Shown here piece after piece: positions 57,216 to 64,000 of a stretch of DNA of 64,000 nt; position 1 is the stretch's first letter; each line of letters opens with the position of its first letter. The stretch lies in assembly GCA_964036045.1 (NCBI GenBank), contig OZ038379.1:24242001-24306000 (forward strand), given 5' to 3'. This stretch comes from Eutreptiella sp. 'Long Island Sound 2002' (taxonomy: Eukaryota; Protista; Euglenida). Position numbers and translations under genes: made by a program. Below the pieces are notes generated by a model. It was not told where the DNA came from. It worked only from the letters and a program-made list of their open reading frames with translations, and did not search any database.

Positions 57216-59764
57216 AGGACAATGTGCAACAAGCGGGCTAATGCTCTGGCACCTTTGGCCTTACAAGCAAGATGGCTTTTCCAAACTACAAAGGCTAGCA
57301 GGACAGGAGCACCGCACAGTGCTCCTAAGTCTCACAACCAAGCAAGGTGAGAATACCACTATCAAGTTCCAAGCCAACAACACTGGGTTAGCTGAGGACA
57401 ATTTGACAATTTTATCAATGATGGGAGTGATCTTCTGTAGGCATTATTCAAGTCATCGATCTGCACAAGATGCAACGCTGCATCTTTGGTGTGCTTTGCT
57501 GGCACCGTGTCTCACTCTACTAGACAACTCAAAAAACATTGCCTTCGTACAAAGAAAATCTTTGGCAATATCAAGGTGGCCTATGATTTTGAAAATCTGA
57601 AATTTCGCAAAGATTTAGTGGAAAACAACCTCGATTTTTTGCCCCCTCTTTTGCACACTTATTTGCGCAGGTCCAAATGCTTATATACGATGTTGTACCT
57701 TACATCCAAAGCAAGACCTGACAACATTTTGACAAATGGATGATGGATATTTTGATGTTGGTTCAAATTGCATTTGAGCGCATGGAATAACAGCCTTTTC
57801 CCAACTTGCGTGATTTTTGAAAGATTAGGGCTTTGAGTGTCTTCATAATAATAATAATAAAGTCCAGCATAAAATACATTTTGTTGTGGCCCACGCCCCA
57901 GGTATCCTTGTGTGTTTTGAAGACTAATTCGCAAAGGTGTATCACTGGATACAGAGACAAGCTCTAGCACTACAGCATCAAACTGCCAGACAACCCCACA
58001 TAGCGCACTCACCACATTTGGAAAGCAACAGCTTTCCTCCAGGCTAAAGCTATTTAGATCAACTTAGTGTATGCTTTGATAAGTCTGTGTTTCGTCACAT
58101 GCCCAGCTAAACATGGTGCCAATGGTGATATGGCAGCAATAACAGGTGAGTGCACAATTTGGAGAGTGACATCAAGCATGAGCAAGAAGTGAGATATGGA
58201 TGTTTTATAGCCTCATTATTGGCGAGATGGCGATGCAGAAGCTACATTTTTTGGAAAAAACAGCCAGAAAGCAAGGGCAAGAAAGCCAAGGGTACTGCAA
58301 GCAATGCAAATTTGGGAGTTATATGCACCACTATGCACCACTATGCAACACTACGCGTCAAGGAATCACACATCAAGAAATGGGGGCCCTGCTTGCAGCA
58401 TCCAGTTGCGTTAGCGAACAGCCACAGCAGCAGCAGCATATCCAAAACCCGTGAAGCCATTGGTGAAGCCTTCTTCAAGGAATTGTACACATGATGAAGA
58501 TTTCAAATTGAAGGTGCAAAAAGAACAAACAAAGATATTGGAAAGCTGCAAAACAACTGCCACTAGAAACCAAAGTTAAAAAGAACCATGAGAAACGCTA
58601 GTGCCAATTGGAATGCTTACGATACAGCCTGCAGAGGATTCGGCAGGATTGGGGTTGTGGGTGCAAGGCTGAGGGATTGAGGCTCGGGTGTGCAAGTCCC
58701 CTACAGTTTGTTTTTTATCTACAGCTGCCCTCTGAGGCTTTTGAGTGCTCCTGGCATGGGTAGGCACCCCTCTCTCGGCTGAAGGCTATGGCACTCTGGG
58801 GTCATGCTGGGTTGGCTTGTGCCGTGACTTCCCCTGGTTTGACACCAACCTGGAGACGGTGTGAAGAAACGTGTGTATGAGATGACGTCCCAGCACCATG
58901 GTGCAGGGCAGACCCAGCACGAGGCATCGACAGAGCCGCAGACGCTGGGTGTCGTTGGGCATGGAATGGATGAGGAACGCATTCGTACAACTGCCCGCAA
59001 AGCGCTGGAGGCCAAAGATGATCAACTCATTGCGAACATGAAACGAAATGAGGCCACAGAAAAGTATCTGAAGGACCGGGTCGCCAAATTGCAAGAGGAT
59101 TTGCAGCACAAGAATTCTGAGGTGCGCAGTGCCACCTGTCACACCTGAGCAGGTTTCTGTAGAAAGGGTTTACAACCAAAGGGGAGGGAGCCCCCTCGCC
59201 CACCACTGCCAACTGCCACACTTGCTTAGCTTTTATGACCCCCCTTTAAGGCCCTCTGACTGCTGACCAGACATGTGCACATGGACAGTCAGCCAGCCTA
59301 GCCAAAAACTATACAGACTTGGTGCTGCTCATGCACCAAGATCCCCTTCGATTCTGTGTCCTTGGTTTCACTCGGTTACAGTAATTTAACGATATTACGT
59401 AAGGGGGGGGGGTTTGCGACGGCAACATTTCGCTGTGAGAAATTTTATATTTCAAATGTGTGCAAAGTTTCCCGCTCAATTCTCAGGCCGCTGTGCGAAA
59501 TAAACTCGTGTCGAAATTTAGCCACCCTGGCGCATCACTATCCCACCGCAGAAAAGATACAGAAATAGATGTAACAAATGAGCTGTCGTTGGAGATTGCT
59601 GGGGACCGCAGTTAGTTTAGCGAAGCGGGGTAACGCAGGTTCTGCCACCGGGGACCCCAGCACTACTCCCCCCCCCCCCCCGACATGTCCATTGCTCCCT
59701 TCCCACCTACCCCAACCCAGTCTTTTGTTTATTCTGTGCCTGTGGCGGGTCAGCGGGGGGATAG

Positions 59765-60957
59765 ATGGTCACCACAATCAACGACGGGGCCTGGGACAGG
59801 ACCAGGCTCAAGGACGAGAATGCCTCGGCAAAAGCGCAGGCGTGGCGCCATCTGCTGCAAACACCGTGGATGGCCCGGATGGTCCCGCTACAGCAGAGGC
59901 TGGAGGTCCTGATGTCCGGTGTGGCCGGTTGCGAGGCAGGAGCGACTCAGTGGTCCACACCGCAGCTGGCAAGGTCGTTCCACGAAGCATTGGGGGTTTC
60001 ATTCCAATCACCTGATCCCCAGCACTACATGGACGCCATGCTCTACGGACTGACCATGGCCTGGGGGGCGGAGGTCATGTCCTTTAACCTCAGCCAGGAG
60101 GCCGCGGCCGTCAGTTTCGCGGTGTGCGACGTGGTCTCCAAGGAACCGGTAAAGAGCGAGCGAAAATATACGAAGCTGACATTAGGAGCCCGGACAACGC
60201 CTAAGAAAGCGCCCGCGGTCGACAGTGGGTGCAGTATGGCTCTGGATGGGGCGGTCGATGGCGCTCCAGCGACCGAGCGAGGAGGCGCGAGTGAAGGTGG
60301 GGGAGATGACAAGGTGCAGGAGCAGTCATACCGAGAACCCAGCTTCCGAAACGCGAGATGGATGAGAAAGCGTCCAGGCGCGCCACGTAGGACGCAGAAA
60401 TTGTGCAGATTCCTCGAGCGCCTCATGGAGGCGGAAGACACCGAAACTACCACGGAGGTGGAGGACATCATACACGATGTGTGGGGAATCCTACTGGATT
60501 GTGATAAATCCGGTAAGGACGCCTTGAAGGCGAAGGTAAAGGACCACAAAAAGAAGGAAAAGCAAAAGGAGAGACGCAGGCGGAAGAAGGAGAAAAGACG
60601 GGCCAAGAAGGCAAGCAAATCCGCGAAATCGGGAAAATCGCGGCGACGCGGCTCTGGGTCGGATTCCTCCTCGTCTTCCAGCGGTAGTAGCAGCGACAGC
60701 GAGTTTGACTCCTCGTCATCAGACGCATCCAGCTCCTCTGGGAGGTCGTCCAAGGCCAAAGCAAACAAGGGGAGTCAGCGGACGGCCAACGGATGCCAGA
60801 ATTCAAATATATCGATGGAAAACGGCATTTCAAATCAAAGAAGACAGGAGATTGGGTCAACTGCGAAAGCCAGCCCAAAAGTGCGTGCCCGGATTGCGGA
60901 GGCCACCATTGGTGGTTTGACAAGGAGAAATTCGGGTGTAAGGGCCGGCAAAAGTGA
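59765..60957 (+). pseudogene. gag: gag-like ORF of element 2; frameshift near 60770 separates the C-terminal Zn module
   Basis: N-terminal part has K/R and poly-Ser tracts. The shifted frame gives FKYIDGKRHFKSKKTGDWVNCESQPKSACPDCGGHHWWFD...*, homologous to the gag end of element 1. Confidence 0.7.
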
Positions 60958-60993
60958 CTTCGGGAAGTCCAGGAGAAGGCGAGCCTGTCAAAG

Positions 60994-62171
60994 ATGCAGG
61001 ATGGAGGCTGGGAGATGCCATGGGCGGCGGCGCGCGACAGATTCGCGGAGGCGGTGGGGGCAGGGTACGGGGCATCCTACGACGCAACTGTTATTTAGGG
61101 TCTGCAGAAGACCACTCTTGATGGATACCTCCGACATGTCCGACGATTGGTGAGAATGGAGCGAATGCGACCAGGTATGGGAGCGCGCACGGTTCTGGAG
61201 ACCCGCCTCATGGATATCGTCGATGGGGAACAATCTGAGAGTGCGGCGAAGTTGGTGCTGTCTGCTGCCAGGCTGGTGGAAAAGATGGGCTGGATTAAAA
61301 CTGTGGTCCGCGTGGCTGATTGGTACCTGGTGGAGGCGTTGGAGTCTAGGCGCACGAAGGAGGAGCGGTCTGCGGCAAAGGAGTGGGCGCAGGTGGGGGA
61401 CTTGGTCTCACTATGCACGTCTGCCCGGTCGTTCGCAGACTGGGAGGCGGTGGCCCTGGCTTGCATCTCTGTGGCGCACTGCGTGCGTAGATCGGAGGCG
61501 GGCGGGCCGGTGGGGCAGTCCGATGATGGGGTTCGCTTCTTTGGATCAAAATCGAGGAGAGGAGAACAAAACCAAGAGGTGGGACCGTGGTGCAAAGAAT
61601 GGCTGGCATTCTTGGGAAAAACTGCGTGCCCTCAGGGGTTTCCACCCCCACAAGGGGGCCTGGCACGGCTCAGGGGACGCCCTGGGTAAATCCCTGGTGG
61701 AGTTGCTGGAAAGGGGGGGCAGGGGGCGGGGTCTCCGGTGGCACAGTTTCAGGAGTTTGGGCGCCGCCCAACTTCGAAAATCGGGGGCCCCCATGCAAAC
61801 AGTGTTGCTGTCGGGGGGGGTGGAAATCTCCAGGAGTCGCCAAAATGTATACCAACGCCCCCCCACGGTGGAAATTCGAGCGCACGGCCGAAATACCGTG
61901 GCCGGGGTGGGGGGGTCAGGACAGGAGAACGCCCCTGTACACGGTCTGCAAGGGATCGACACTGGCGTTCTGGCTATCCTGGGTGCGGGCGGAAATTGCA
62001 TTTGCCCAAAGCGAAGGTTCACGACCTGCTGGGAGTGGGTGCACGGGGGGAAAGGGGGCGAGGAAGAGGGGACGGACAACGTCCCCGACTGGCAGGCGAG
62101 GAGCTGAAGCGTCTGGACAGGTTGGCGGAACAAGTGTCCCTTCTGCCAGGCGTAAAGTGTCTCAGGCGTGA
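60994..62171 (+). pseudogene. Tyrosine recombinase of element 2, with TAG at 61096 and +1 indels at A5 (61617-61621) and G8 (61813-61820)
   Basis: Reconstructed motifs: TLDGYLRHVRRL, CVRRSEA (R), GSKSR (K), WHSFRS (HxxR), GGWKSPGVAKMY (W, Y). Confidence 0.82.
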
Positions 62172-63951
62172 GATGGTGCACAAAATGATCTTGGGAATGG
62201 GCGACGCTATGTGCGGATTGGAGGGCAGGGACGAGGGGCTGCGAGTTCTGTCTAGTACTCTGAGCAGGGTAGTGGACGGGGGGGACTTAGACGAGGAGGA
62301 TGACGGGTATTATAGCAGCAGTGACGAGGAGGGGGAAGTTACAGATGCCATGGCGGCCAGGGGAGTAGGGGAGGCGGGGAGGGTTGTGGTCTCGCGGTCG
62401 ATCTGGAATAAGGTTGTCCCCCCCGACCTCCTGAAGGTCTACAAAAGAGCCCAAAAGGAGAAGGGGGAGGGGGGAGACAGTGAGTTGGGCGGACGCCCGG
62501 GGCCAGTGGACAAGATGCTGGAGTCCCTGCGCGTCACTACAGGGGGACTGCACAGGACATCCGCCCCCCCTACAGCTTGCATGTTTCTAACGTGGAAAAA
62601 TGCACTACACTGTAGGGCAATCCTGGACGCCAGGCGAGTTAACGAAGGTGACCCTCGCCGCCCCCCGAGGTTCCGGCTCCCTGCTCTGGAGGACATCAGA
62701 AACTGGATGGGCCAGACGAAACGGGGTATGAAGCGGGGTCGTGTGTTCCTCGCCAAGCTCGACCTCCAAAATGTCTACTGGAGCATCCACCTCCCGACTG
62801 CCTGGAGGAGAATCTTTGTGGTGCAGGGGGGATCGGGGAGAAAGTTTTGGTATTCGCGACTGCCTTTCGGGTGGAGTTATAGTCTAGCTATCTGTCAGAG
62901 GCTGGTGCAGGCTATTATTCGCCGCGTGCTATCCCGTCATGGGGTGAGGGGGTGGGTGTACTTGGATGATATCCTGATCTCTTGTCAGCGTCGGGGCAGG
63001 CTGAGGAGGGCGGTGCGTAATTGCAAGACTCGCCTCCGCAAGGCTGGATTTATAGTGGGAGACAAGAGTGAGACTACGCTGACGGAATGTTTGGGGTTTG
63101 TTGGAAAAACCCTAGACACACGTGCCGGCACTGTAAGCAACTCGGTGGGGGCACTGGTGGGCGCCTTTCGGGCCTGGGTCAGGGGGGTGGGCAGGGGGAA
63201 ACTCCCCACTGTTGCACTACGACGGCTGCTGGGAAAGCTCTGTTGGCTTGGCAGGCCGAACGCGGGACTGGCGTCATTTCTGGCGGGCGCCTACCGCTGC
63301 CTGCAGCGAGGTCTTGGGCACTTCAGTCGGGGGGTGGCTAAAGGGATCGCCACAGTCTTGACATTCTCATGTGTACCGCCGAGGGCAGATGTGCTTGGGG
63401 ATCGTGGGGCTGGGACCTGGGAAGTGTTTGCCGATGCGGCCCCAGAGGGTGAGTGTTTCCGAGTCGGGATTGTGGGGGAAAAGGGGTTTTATCGCTCCTC
63501 AATCTGCCCTGAGTGGGTTGCCTCTCTGCAACAGGCAGAGCTGTTCGCTGTTTATGCTGTTGCTAAGCTGGCCTCGTACCGCGGTTTTCAATCGGTGCGC
63601 ATCGGCTCGGATAGCAACGTGGCGCGCGCACAAATCAACTCACTGCGTGCCTGTGTGTGTGCGGGCCCCCAGCAGCGTATCCTCTGGCGCCTATTTTGGC
63701 TCCGCTGCTGGAGTGGCTGTTCCATCAGTTCCTTTAGAGTGAGGTCGGCGATCAACCCAGCTGATCCTCTAAGCAGGGTAGTCAGCTTCCAATCACGTGC
63801 ACAGGCGGTGGCAGATGCCGAGGGCCGTCGCGTGATGTGGGATAAGCAAACCGATGGAAAGTACGAGGGACTGGCGGAGATGATCCGGCCCCCCTGGAGA
63901 TTCGTTCTGGTGAAGGGGGGTGTGGGGCAGGGCGCGAGGAGGTGGCAGTGA
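61738..63951 (+). CDS. pol: RT-RNase H ORF of element 2
   Basis: AILDARRVN, KLDLQNVYWSI, LPFGWSYS, YLDD; RNase H VFADAA, QQAEL, GSDS, NPADPLSR (D-E-D-D intact). Confidence 0.92.
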   Translation: MAQFQEFGRRPTSKIGGPHANSVAVGGGGNLQESPKCIPTPPHGGNSSARPKYRGRGGGVRTGERPCTRSARDRHWRSGYPGCGRKLHLPKAKVHDLLGVGARGERGRGRGDGQRPRLAGEELKRLDRLAEQVSLLPGVKCLRREMVHKMILGMGDAMCGLEGRDEGLRVLSSTLSRVVDGGDLDEEDDGYYSSSDEEGEVTDAMAARGVGEAGRVVVSRSIWNKVVPPDLLKVYKRAQKEKGEGGDSELGGRPGPVDKMLESLRVTTGGLHRTSAPPTACMFLTWKNALHCRAILDARRVNEGDPRRPPRFRLPALEDIRNWMGQTKRGMKRGRVFLAKLDLQNVYWSIHLPTAWRRIFVVQGGSGRKFWYSRLPFGWSYSLAICQRLVQAIIRRVLSRHGVRGWVYLDDILISCQRRGRLRRAVRNCKTRLRKAGFIVGDKSETTLTECLGFVGKTLDTRAGTVSNSVGALVGAFRAWVRGVGRGKLPTVALRRLLGKLCWLGRPNAGLASFLAGAYRCLQRGLGHFSRGVAKGIATVLTFSCVPPRADVLGDRGAGTWEVFADAAPEGECFRVGIVGEKGFYRSSICPEWVASLQQAELFAVYAVAKLASYRGFQSVRIGSDSNVARAQINSLRACVCAGPQQRILWRLFWLRCWSGCSISSFRVRSAINPADPLSRVVSFQSRAQAVADAEGRRVMWDKQTDGKYEGLAEMIRPPWRFVLVKGGVGQGARRWQ

Positions 63952-64000
63952 GGAGGCCACCAGACGCGCAGTCGCGCGAAAAATGTGCTGTCCGTGGAAT

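Larger units (their letters stand above)
59700..64000 (+). mobile_element. Tyrosine-recombinase retrotransposon 2 (different family), gag-YR-RT-RH order, degraded; 3' end beyond the window
   Basis: See component ORFs. No methyltransferase domain is seen after RNase H. Confidence 0.9.

Noticed and set aside
59597-59662. Terminal inverted or split direct repeats for the YR elements (TGCTGGGG...CCCCAGCA)
   Set aside because: Only an 8-bp stem; element 1 is truncated and the 3' end of element 2 is outside the window, so termini cannot be tested.
61614-61621. In-frame -1 slippery heptamer G GGA AAA in the YR of element 2
   Set aside because: A -1 shift would bypass the HxxR motif; the recombinase is restored only by two +1 corrections.

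Overview
Eukaryotic, repeat-rich nuclear DNA. The host is most likely a euglenozoan, possibly a phototrophic euglenid; this is inferred from a two-TM N-terminal presequence, pyrimidine-tract/AG acceptors just before ATGs, and VIPER/TATE-like retroelements, and is not verified. Main contents: (1) a 9-exon GT-AG gene (3543-14554, +) for a HAD/MDP-1-like phosphatase, with every exon phase-compatible. (2) A 6.25-kb inverted-repeat structure (arms 14734-16568 and 19159-20983) enclosing an intron-containing pogo-like gene that lacks the DDE domain; the outer ~1.4 kb of the arms look identical and the inner ~430 bp are diverged. (3) An intact, intronless, divergent EFL (EF-1alpha-like) GTPase gene (21046-22485, -) whose stop lies 62 nt from the right arm. 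(4) An RNase HI relic, a Zn-finger ORF, a TA-flanked MITE and several orphan ORFs/exons. (5) A 4.2-kb modular satellite (47/47/65/85-bp monomers; 349/372/535-bp higher-order repeats). (6) Two diverged tyrosine-recombinase retrotransposons with gag-YR-RT(-RH) order. In both, the RT frame stays open across essentially the whole YR gene (+1 frame) and begins at an ATG inside the homologous gag Asp-Gly codons. No rRNA, complete tRNA or CRISPR array was found. All coordinates, alignments and counts were read by eye; no searches were run.
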